A DNA stretch of 64,000 bases, taken from positions 62,001 through 126,000 of the forward strand of contig JBDOQK010000044.1 of the NCBI GenBank assembly GCA_040437565.1, written 5' to 3'. Source of the DNA: Albugo candida. Its lineage: Eukaryota. Below the pieces are notes generated by a model. It saw nothing but the letters and a program-made list of their open reading frames with translations, searched no databases and was not told the DNA's origin. Below, piece by piece: positions 32,960 to 41,506 of this stretch. The position numbers and the translations under genes are program-made. Each line of letters starts with the position of its first letter. Position 1 is the stretch's first letter.

Positions 32960-33706
32960 ATGGGAGCAAGTCTCGTTCTAATGAATGACACGGGCGATGC
33001 ATGGCACTGCAAAGTCGCAGCCGATACGAAAGCGCTTTTAGCCTCTTATTTCATCGCAGCGGGATTCTCCACATTCGCCGTACTGTTCGGATTAGTCGGA
33101 TTTTACGCGCCAGTTGTTATCCGAATGGCAAATAAAAACGTAGCGCCTGCAATGGTCGCTGGTATCGCCTTTGAAAAAATCGTAAAAGCATCGTTTTACA
33201 TCGAAATGAGCGGATTTTTAGCTTCCGTGTTAGCCGGGACGACGACTTTTGGAATATTCGCTGTGCGCACCGCCGAAGCCTCATTTGTGAAGCACCAATT
33301 TGAGTTAATTCCTCCTGGCGATTCGCATACGTTTCCGATGCGACCGCTTCGCTGGCGTGAAGGGACATGCACTCGCGTGTTTGAGCTCAATAAAACAACT
33401 GTTCGTACGGAAACACTTTCCATGAAACCAATTTTCAGCGGACTTCCTCATCACAATTTCACTCATAGACTCTCCCATTGGATTCAGAAACATCCTCCCA
33501 CGCATGAGGACATTATGGCGATCATTGGCGTTATGAATCAATCGAACAACAGCGTCTCTATCAATGTGAGAATCAATGGCGATACGTTATCACACATGTC
33601 GACGCTGCACGTCCGAGTAGATGGAAAACATATCCCCACAAACACCTCAGCTCCATTGATTGCAAATACGTTCTCGACACCGGTTTCCGTCAATTCGACT
33701 GTGTAA
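32960..33706 (+). CDS. Uncharacterised MG-NDT family, copy 6 (divergently oriented from copy 5)
   Basis: MGASLVLMNDTGDAWHCK...HTFPMRPLRWREGTCTR..NKTTVRTET.SMKPIFSG..LSHWIQK. Confidence 0.85.
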   Translation: MGASLVLMNDTGDAWHCKVAADTKALLASYFIAAGFSTFAVLFGLVGFYAPVVIRMANKNVAPAMVAGIAFEKIVKASFYIEMSGFLASVLAGTTTFGIFAVRTAEASFVKHQFELIPPGDSHTFPMRPLRWREGTCTRVFELNKTTVRTETLSMKPIFSGLPHHNFTHRLSHWIQKHPPTHEDIMAIIGVMNQSNNSVSINVRINGDTLSHMSTLHVRVDGKHIPTNTSAPLIANTFSTPVSVNSTV

Positions 33707-33988
33707 ATGCATCGTATCATTTCAATTTATAAGTTTTCGTAGAAAATTAATTGAGAAATATTCACAAAATTTTCTACTCACTATCCCTCAACTACAAAAA
33801 TTTCTCCCTCAATTAAAAAATTTCTTCCCTCAAACTATTTTGAGCTTTACGGAAAAACCGCTGAGACGCTTACGACACCAAAATGGCTGCCGGCATAGCG
33901 TTCATGGCGTATTACTCACTTTGACATCTCTCCCAACTCGGAGACAATCGACTCATTCGGATAAATTCTTTTACGGCAAAGCGTCTCA

Positions 33989-35167
33989 ATGGACTCACAG
34001 ACACAAACCGTCCGACAAAACGACCGAAAGATTGGATTTCGACGTCATAGCGTCTCGATGCGTCTCTCACGAGACATTGAATCGATTCAGCGTGGAATCG
34101 ATACGTTTTTCGACACAGTAGGGTCTCCAATCGCTCTTTCAAATCGACCTCTACACCGTTTGGAGACCGCAGTACCGCATCCATCGAATGCGTCGACGAC
34201 CTCTGTCGATCACTTGCAATTAAACGGAGCAATCGAAGCGAAAATCCCACACTTTTTATCGTCCTGGTTCCAAAGCAATCCACATCTTACCGACGCGGGC
34301 AACGAGATACCCAACAGCGTTGAAAGAATATCTCTTCCGCCACAAAAGCACAATCAATCGATTCGCTACGAGGAGCTTCAAGTCGGTCGAAAAATCGGTG
34401 AAGGCGCATTCGGGAAAGTATATCGCGGGAAATGGTCCGGTCGAGCTGTTGCAATTAAAGTGCTCGTATGTCAAGACTTGCGAAGTGATATCATGGCGGA
34501 ATTCCAGTCCGAGGTCGAAATAATGAGCATTTTACGTCATCCGAATATCTGTCGTCTTTTAGGCGCGTGCATGGAGCCTCCCAATCGCGCAATTGTGGTC
34601 GAGTTGTGCCCGGGCGGTTCTCTATGGAACGTCTTACGTCTCAAACGACATTCTCTGACGCTTCCAATGCGTACGAAATTCCTTCTCGACACTGCCAAAG
34701 GGATGAGCTATTTACATCACTTTACACAGCCAATTCTCCATCGCGATCTCAAATCTCCAAATCTTCTCGTCGATAGCGAGTACACGATAAAAATCTCTGA
34801 TTTCGGACTCGCTCGTGTTAAAGCGCACGTCCAAACAATGACTGGAAATTGCGGAACCGTGCAATGGATGGCACCCGAGGTGCTTGGGAATCTCAAATAC
34901 ACAGAGAAAGCCGATGTTTTTTCGTACGGAATCGTTGTGTGGGAAGTCATGACAGGCGAATGTCCGTACGAAGGCTTATCGCAAGTACAGGCGGCATTGG
35001 GTGTTCTCAGTCGTAATTTACGTCCGAGAATCCCGAAAAGCTGTCCTCCATTCTTCAAACGCCTCATGCGCTCGTGCTGGGACCGCCAAGCTGATCTTCG
35101 TCCGTCCTTTGCGCAGATTATCATCGCATTAGGCGAATGGGAAGCATGTGGTTCCATCGATACTTAG
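33989..35167 (+). CDS. TKL-group (Raf/MAP3K-like) protein kinase
   Basis: GEGAFGKV, VAIK, HRDLKSPNLLV, DFG, GTVQWMAPE, DVFSYGIVVWE and CW...RPSF. Confidence 0.96.
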   Translation: MDSQTQTVRQNDRKIGFRRHSVSMRLSRDIESIQRGIDTFFDTVGSPIALSNRPLHRLETAVPHPSNASTTSVDHLQLNGAIEAKIPHFLSSWFQSNPHLTDAGNEIPNSVERISLPPQKHNQSIRYEELQVGRKIGEGAFGKVYRGKWSGRAVAIKVLVCQDLRSDIMAEFQSEVEIMSILRHPNICRLLGACMEPPNRAIVVELCPGGSLWNVLRLKRHSLTLPMRTKFLLDTAKGMSYLHHFTQPILHRDLKSPNLLVDSEYTIKISDFGLARVKAHVQTMTGNCGTVQWMAPEVLGNLKYTEKADVFSYGIVVWEVMTGECPYEGLSQVQAALGVLSRNLRPRIPKSCPPFFKRLMRSCWDRQADLRPSFAQIIIALGEWEACGSIDT

Positions 35168-37476
35168 AGTCTCAGTAACGAGAAATCAGATCGTTGACCG
35201 TTTTCTTCCGATTGCATTCGATCCATTTCTATCACAGAGTCTTCACGGACCCGAGAAGCGTCCAATGCGACTCTGCTGCATACGTAATAGTCGTACGCGC
35301 TTCCACTTTGTCCTTCGTTCGCAAACGGCCGCGCATTCGCCGACATTCGACCAAACATCGAGTACTGGCCACAGAGATTCGCATTGAGCTCCACGGGCTG
35401 TCGATACGAATGAAGAGAATTCACTCGAGTCGCTGTGACTTGTAATTGTTTGGAAAATGACGCAGCGTCCTCGTACGCGGCCTGAACTAATTCCGTGACT
35501 GCGTGACATAATGCCGCCATTTGGCTCACAGTTTGTACATTGAGACGTTGGAAGGCTTCGGTATCGGATTCATTGGAAAGAATCGCAACAATGCGAAACA
35601 AAGTGTCCGATGTCGCCGATCGAATGCTTTGTATGCTTTCGAGGCTTTTCTCACGACAGCCTGTGAAGATAGCGACATCGGCTTTGGTCGTAACATGTTG
35701 CAAGAACTCTGTTTCGGAACGCAACGACTCGAGGAACCTCATGTTCTCCTTTTTGTATAATGGCAATTCGGGATGCGTCGATGTTCTTCGGAACGATCTC
35801 TGCTGCTCACTCAATTCATTCGCACGTTCAGCGTCCAAAAACGGAACGGAGACGTGAATTCCCTGACAGAATAAATGGAAAGCGACCTGATACGCTGTAT
35901 CATCGTCTCCAAAAACCACTGCCAATTGTGTCGTGGAAGCCTTTGGTGTCGGCATCATACTATCAAATGTACTGCTGTGTGCCAAGGAAACTCGTTCCGA
36001 CTTGCCGCCTTTGCCGCATTCGCCTGCATTCCGCAATCCCATCGAGCAAAAGACCGGGCCAAAGATTTGATTCACAATCACTGTCGCAATTAAAGTCGTC
36101 GCGAATTCATTCGTCCACGGATCACTGCTCATCGCCTGAATCTCACTCGCGAGACCGAGCGTGACGCCGGCCTGTGGCGACATTGTGAGCCATAAATTCA
36201 AATACTGATGACGCGGAAGCTTTAGCATAAACCTTCCGCACGTGTAACATGAGATGAAATTCGCAATGTATCGAAGTACGACGTAAAAGGATGTCAAAGG
36301 GATCACCATAACGACCTGATCGAGTTTCAGCGCAGCTCCAGTCATGACGAAGAATGGGAGGAAGATGTACGGAGCTGCAGCGTCGAGAATCACATGCATA
36401 TCGTGGCGAATATGACCGTAATGTCCAGCGATACAACTTCCGATCATAAGCACGAGAATCGGCTCAAATTTCACATCCCAATTGTGTCCGTATTGGATGA
36501 TCGTGTACTCGCTCAATGTCGTTGTTGTGATGTAAATCGCGTGACTGAATACGAGCCAGAAGAAGCCTTTGACGTACAGCGAGAAATGGACAGTATGCGC
36601 TCCATGTTTTTCTTTCCCGGGAAGTAGGAAAAGCCCGATGAAAATGACACCAATACCGCCACCGACAATGAGATTGGAGACGATAATTCCGCCGGTGAAG
36701 AGGACGTTGACGAATGTGACGCTGAGTTTCGCACAATACACGGACGACATCAATCGCGCGATGGAGAATGCTACGAGTACGACGAATTCCGACATCATAA
36801 CAGCTCCCATCATGAGATTCGTAAAGCGTCCATTGCTGTGGAGTTCGACTTTGATCGCCATAATCGTCGATGGGGACACGAGGACTGCAATGGATCCGAA
36901 TAAGAATGCAATTGCAAGCTGACAGGTGCCTTCCATCGATCCGTAAAAGAACATTCGACTGCTCACTAGCAACACACTTGTTACGATCACAACAATCATT
37001 GCGAATCGCGTCATTAACAGCTGGAGAATGCCTCGGAGTTGAGGTTTGAGTTCCGGTAAATAGATCTCCTGTCCCGCCTGACACGAAATGAACGCTAAGG
37101 CTAATGAGTTGGTCGCATGGGCTAAGAGATGAACGGATTGTGCAGTGAGCAGATCCGTGAGGTACGGCCCCGCGAGAATGCCAATGAATAGGTAGCCGGT
37201 GATCAATGGGAGTTTAAAGTATTTCGGGAAGATAAAACCCAAAGGATATGCGGCCACAAGGACAATGATAAAGGCTCCAATGGATCGGAAGGAATGCGTC
37301 ACATTGTACCAGCTTGAGAATGGTGTTCCGTGGGTCTGTTGTGCGGCTACTGCTGCAAGGAGTGCGATGCACACAAGTGGGAGCATTGTGATGTGACGAG
37401 CGATTGCGAAGAAGACAAAAGACAACGCGATGAAAAGTATACAATTATGCGATGTAGACCCTCTGCCACATTTCAT
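35164..37476 (-). CDS. Monovalent cation/H+ antiporter (CPA2/Kef-like) with C-terminal RCK/TrkA_N-like domain, copy 1
   Basis: About 12 TM segments, with motifs KLPLITGYLFIGILAGP, FLPFFVMTGAALKL, PQAGVTLGLA and VNQIFGP, then Rossmann-like AVVFGDDDTAYQVA. The start may be the downstream Met (MLPLVCIALL, ~37386). Confidence 0.87.
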   Translation of the reverse strand: MKCGRGSTSHNCILFIALSFVFFAIARHITMLPLVCIALLAAVAAQQTHGTPFSSWYNVTHSFRSIGAFIIVLVAAYPLGFIFPKYFKLPLITGYLFIGILAGPYLTDLLTAQSVHLLAHATNSLALAFISCQAGQEIYLPELKPQLRGILQLLMTRFAMIVVIVTSVLLVSSRMFFYGSMEGTCQLAIAFLFGSIAVLVSPSTIMAIKVELHSNGRFTNLMMGAVMMSEFVVLVAFSIARLMSSVYCAKLSVTFVNVLFTGGIIVSNLIVGGGIGVIFIGLFLLPGKEKHGAHTVHFSLYVKGFFWLVFSHAIYITTTTLSEYTIIQYGHNWDVKFEPILVLMIGSCIAGHYGHIRHDMHVILDAAAPYIFLPFFVMTGAALKLDQVVMVIPLTSFYVVLRYIANFISCYTCGRFMLKLPRHQYLNLWLTMSPQAGVTLGLASEIQAMSSDPWTNEFATTLIATVIVNQIFGPVFCSMGLRNAGECGKGGKSERVSLAHSSTFDSMMPTPKASTTQLAVVFGDDDTAYQVAFHLFCQGIHVSVPFLDAERANELSEQQRSFRRTSTHPELPLYKKENMRFLESLRSETEFLQHVTTKADVAIFTGCREKSLESIQSIRSATSDTLFRIVAILSNESDTEAFQRLNVQTVSQMAALCHAVTELVQAAYEDAASFSKQLQVTATRVNSLHSYRQPVELNANLCGQYSMFGRMSANARPFANEGQSGSAYDYYVCSRVALDASRVREDSVIEMDRMQSEENGQRSDFSLLRL

Positions 37477-38052
37477 AGCGATGTCTTTACATGTGTGAGA
37501 CTTTTACGGAACCAAGCAGTCTTTACAGTCTCTGTTTTCTCCACAAGTGAGCTGCTGGGGCGCATAAGCGCATATGCGATCGAGGCTTTTGGCTCGGGAG
37601 ATTGTGTTTAAAGATAAACGGCGTAGACGCTGTGGCTATGAATTACAGAGCAAAGAACAGGGTCGATGATCAGCGTATAGCGTGCATCTCATTGTGTAGA
37701 GTGAGCGTTAGCCAGCAGAGTTCTCGTGAGATGTGCATACGGTAGGCCCCAGCCGGTGAGTCATAAATTAACAAATTGAGAGATTTTGGATTGCATTTGT
37801 AGCGATTTAATGGACGGAGCGTATAGAGCGCTATGTAAATGCATTGCATGTGAGACAATACGCAAAGACGTCGCNNNNNNNNNNNNNNNNNNNNNNNNNN
37901 NNNNNNNNNNNNNNNNNNNNNNNNNNNNNNNNNNNNNNNNNNNNNNNNNNNNNNNNNNNNNNNNNNNNNNNNNNAATTATATACGGGTATTTGTTCAAAG
38001 CGGTTATCATTCCTCGCAGTATATAAAGTAGAATGTAAGCCTTAAATTACAA

Positions 38053-40602
38053 TTATAACCTTCCATGCTCGGAAGCATTGGAAGGTCGAGCTGTAGAGGT
38101 TCTACGTCCACCAAGATCTACACCTGCAGTATATTCCACCCCATCTTGCTCATGAGAATGATAATCCTCGACGGGACTCGGTAACGGCGACGATATGACG
38201 GCTTCTGACTGCTCATGGTCACGCGTCACATAATACTCATAGGCCGATACCTGTCGAGGTCGTGCGAATGGAGCGGCTTCTGCGGTTCCAAACATGGAGT
38301 AGCGTGAGGTGGGTGCAGCTTGTCGCTTGTTCTCCAATATTTGTCCAATTGTATCGTAAGGAACAGCTCGCGTTGAATTGTGTTGGAAGCGTAATTGGCG
38401 ATCTCGAAATCGTATTCCAACAAGGTATCCCGTGTCCATTGAATGATCTTCCTGCATGAAATACAACGCTGTGGAGTATTGACTTGCAGTACTCACTTCC
38501 CCACTCATTAATTCTGCTTGTGACGAGCTCAATAGCGCCATTCGAGTAGCAGTGTTGGCTAATGCGATGGAAGGCTGAATCGTCAAAACATTCATTCCTC
38601 GAAGTTTCTGCGTAGAAGTGCAATCGGGAACTATAGCAATCATTCGCGGCATTGTCGCCGGTGCGTTCGCTTGAATGCACTGAACACGCTCGATGATATG
38701 CTTTGGGTCTCCTGTGAATAACATCACATCGACATTTTTCGCCATCGGATCGACTGTCGTTCTCGCAAGTGCATCCTGTCTGAGCTTCTCTAGACCTTGT
38801 TGGAGGTGTTTCCATCGCTCATTTTGTTGTTCGTCCAGCAGTGGTAATGTGACCTGAGCACCAGAGATATACATTTGCAAACTGATTTCGAACGCTAATT
38901 CATCCGATCCGAAAACAATTGCATTTTGCGCCCGAAACAAAGTCGAGTCATCGACGGGTTTGTGCCGTGAGATCACACTACTCGATCGATGCGTTCTAAA
39001 TGATTTCTGTTCCACACGAATCTCACTGTATCGCTCGTCGATTTCGTCATTTTCAGTGACACTTTTTTTCGATGGAATGTGTCCTTCGCCGGCTTTCACC
39101 ATTCCCATTGAGCAAAGAACGGGTCCAATAATCTGATTTACAACAACTGCAGCGACAATGGTAGCTGCAAATTCAGCTGCCCAGGGATCCGTGCTCAAGT
39201 TATTGATCTCATTCGCGAGACCTAAAGCGACTCCAGCTTGCGGTGTCATTGTAAGCCACAACGCGTTGTATTGACGCGGTTCCAGTTTTAATAGAAACCG
39301 TCCAGCGATATACGAAGCGATGAAAATGCCGAGATATCGTACGATTACATACACACTCATAAGCGGGATGACCTGAAGAACTTGATCCAATTTGAGGCCG
39401 GCGCCTGTCATGACGAAAAACGGAAGGAAAATGAATGGCGCACAGCTGTCGAGTATCACATGCATCTCATGTCGGATGGATTTGTTATGGCCCGCGATGC
39501 AGGACGCCACCATAAGCACCAAAAGCGGTTCCAATTTGACATCCCATGCATGACCATATTTGTAAATCGTGAATTCACTGAGGGTAAATGTTAAAATATA
39601 AATAGTGTGTCCGATTAAAAGCCATAGAAATCCTTTGAGATACAGCGATCCTGTGATAGTGTGTGAGTGGTGGGGAGTAGACACTGCTTCATTTGGTGTG
39701 TGCGTGTTGCCCGCTTCAATTTCTTGGTCGTGTGAAGAAGTGGTTTTGGAAATTGTGAAAATTGCAATTATGACCAGGGCTAGTCCGCCTCCAATTATAA
39801 TATTAGACAGGATGACACCACCTGTGAATAGAATATTAACAAATGAAATTGGGAGTTCGAGACAGCTGATGGACGAAAGGATTCGAGAGATCGAGAAAGA
39901 GATGAGGACGATGAATTCTGCCAGCATGGTGGCGCCCAGCATGAGATTGGTGAAGGGGCCAACACTATTGAGTTCGATTTTGATGGCCATTGCAGTCGCA
40001 GGGGATCCTAGTACAGCGATAGACCCGAATAGAAGAGCAATTGCTAGTTGACACGTACTATGAAACTCACTATGGAAGAATGGTGCGCTTCCGATCATCA
40101 ACACGCTGGTCATAATTACCATAATAACTGAATACATGACCACTAATAAAATTAATATTCCACGGAGTTGAGGTTTTAAATCGGGGTAATATATTTCTTG
40201 TCCTGCTTGGAAGGAGATGAAGGAGAGAGCGAGTGCACTGATAGTATCTGATAATTTTGCCACACATTTAGTCGTGATTAAATCCGTCATAAACGGACCC
40301 GCGAGAATGCCAACGAGTAGATAACCGGTTATGAGTGGGAGTTTGACATACCGTGGCATCAACATCCCAACAGGATGTGCTGCAACGAGTACGAGAAGAA
40401 ACGCGCCAATATACCGAAACGAGTAGATCGTTGCGCTCCACGATGAAAATGGTGCCACTTTTTCCGTGCTATTCTGCAAATTCCGTCGGAAATTGATGAA
40501 TTCATCCTCTTTGTCAGCGCTCACGCTTAGCCCGCATTGTACCAAGATTAAATAAGCGGAAACGATCAACAAAACCTGATACGTTGTTGTGCAACGACTC
40601 AT
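38053..40602 (-). CDS. Monovalent cation/H+ antiporter (CPA2/Kef-like), copy 2
   Basis: Paralogue of 35164..37476: KLPLITGYLLVGILAGP, FLPFFVMTGAGLKL, PQAGVALGLA, VNQIIGP and NAIVFGSDELAFEIS, with a signal-peptide-like N-terminus. Confidence 0.88.
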   Translation of the reverse strand: MSRCTTTYQVLLIVSAYLILVQCGLSVSADKEDEFINFRRNLQNSTEKVAPFSSWSATIYSFRYIGAFLLVLVAAHPVGMLMPRYVKLPLITGYLLVGILAGPFMTDLITTKCVAKLSDTISALALSFISFQAGQEIYYPDLKPQLRGILILLVVMYSVIMVIMTSVLMIGSAPFFHSEFHSTCQLAIALLFGSIAVLGSPATAMAIKIELNSVGPFTNLMLGATMLAEFIVLISFSISRILSSISCLELPISFVNILFTGGVILSNIIIGGGLALVIIAIFTISKTTSSHDQEIEAGNTHTPNEAVSTPHHSHTITGSLYLKGFLWLLIGHTIYILTFTLSEFTIYKYGHAWDVKLEPLLVLMVASCIAGHNKSIRHEMHVILDSCAPFIFLPFFVMTGAGLKLDQVLQVIPLMSVYVIVRYLGIFIASYIAGRFLLKLEPRQYNALWLTMTPQAGVALGLANEINNLSTDPWAAEFAATIVAAVVVNQIIGPVLCSMGMVKAGEGHIPSKKSVTENDEIDERYSEIRVEQKSFRTHRSSSVISRHKPVDDSTLFRAQNAIVFGSDELAFEISLQMYISGAQVTLPLLDEQQNERWKHLQQGLEKLRQDALARTTVDPMAKNVDVMLFTGDPKHIIERVQCIQANAPATMPRMIAIVPDCTSTQKLRGMNVLTIQPSIALANTATRMALLSSSQAELMSGEVSTASQYSTALYFMQEDHSMDTGYLVGIRFRDRQLRFQHNSTRAVPYDTIGQILENKRQAAPTSRYSMFGTAEAAPFARPRQVSAYEYYVTRDHEQSEAVISSPLPSPVEDYHSHEQDGVEYTAGVDLGGRRTSTARPSNASEHGRL

Positions 40603-41103
40603 TTGATTGCGAAAGGCACGAGTGTAATCAGTGCGTGCTTTTGCTCTCTATACAATTTATACTATTATAGCTCGAGTCTTGTGGTACAAGAAGCATAGGC
40701 GCAGTCATTTTAAGATAGACGCTTTTTTCCTCAAAAATCTGAGCCCTACCCCTGTATCAGAGTACCCTAACCTGCATCAGAACCATTCTTAGCTGTCAAA
40801 ATATTGTGACTGAGCAAGCAAATGATTGTCTTCATCCTACGACACTTTACATCGGCACCCTCTTCGTACTGTATTAAGTTAAGGAGGTATCAACACGTTT
40901 TGCAAATGTCTTTCGACTAATGTTTGAGGAAATTTACATTCTATACCCAGCTGTCTTTTTTACATACCGCACGATGTAATTTATCAAACGCTCGATTACG
41001 TGGTGTTTGTATTGTCACATACTCGTACATTGGCCGGATTTCCACACTATTACTTTCAACTCACATTCGTTGAAGGCGACAGACACGTTCAAACTAGACA
41101 AGG

Positions 41104-41328
41104 ATGTCTACCACGAAAGCGTTTACGAGTAAATTATGGTCGTACCTGCCGCATGTGGTCATGTCTGTCATCCTTCAGGCTCCTATCATGTCTGCACGTC
41201 TAACAGGGCGAAAATTGAGCGGGGAAGACGGAGCTGTCAATCCATTTATTGGAGTTATTTTGGCTGGTGCTATAGGGATTGTATGCGTTGGCTTCATCGT
41301 ATGGTATCAGCGAAGAGATACCCACTAA
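41104..41328 (+). CDS. Possible small single-pass membrane protein (74 aa)
   Basis: ATG-initiated ORF with a hydrophobic N-segment and a clean C-terminal TM helix (FIGVILAGAIGIVCVGFIVWY) followed by QRR. No family recognised. Confidence 0.45.
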   Translation: MSTTKAFTSKLWSYLPHVVMSVILQAPIMSARLTGRKLSGEDGAVNPFIGVILAGAIGIVCVGFIVWYQRRDTH

Positions 41329-41506
41329 GGTGATCAACACTTGGAACAATTATATCATACCATCAAATCATATATAATCTATAATCACACATCAGATTAT
41401 AATTGACTTTTCTCTTTGTAATCTGAAATGGATAAATAGAATGCGCTATTTTTATTCTCCTTTCTAATGCCATTCTCACGCTCCCATCGATTTCCTAACT
41501 GGTACG

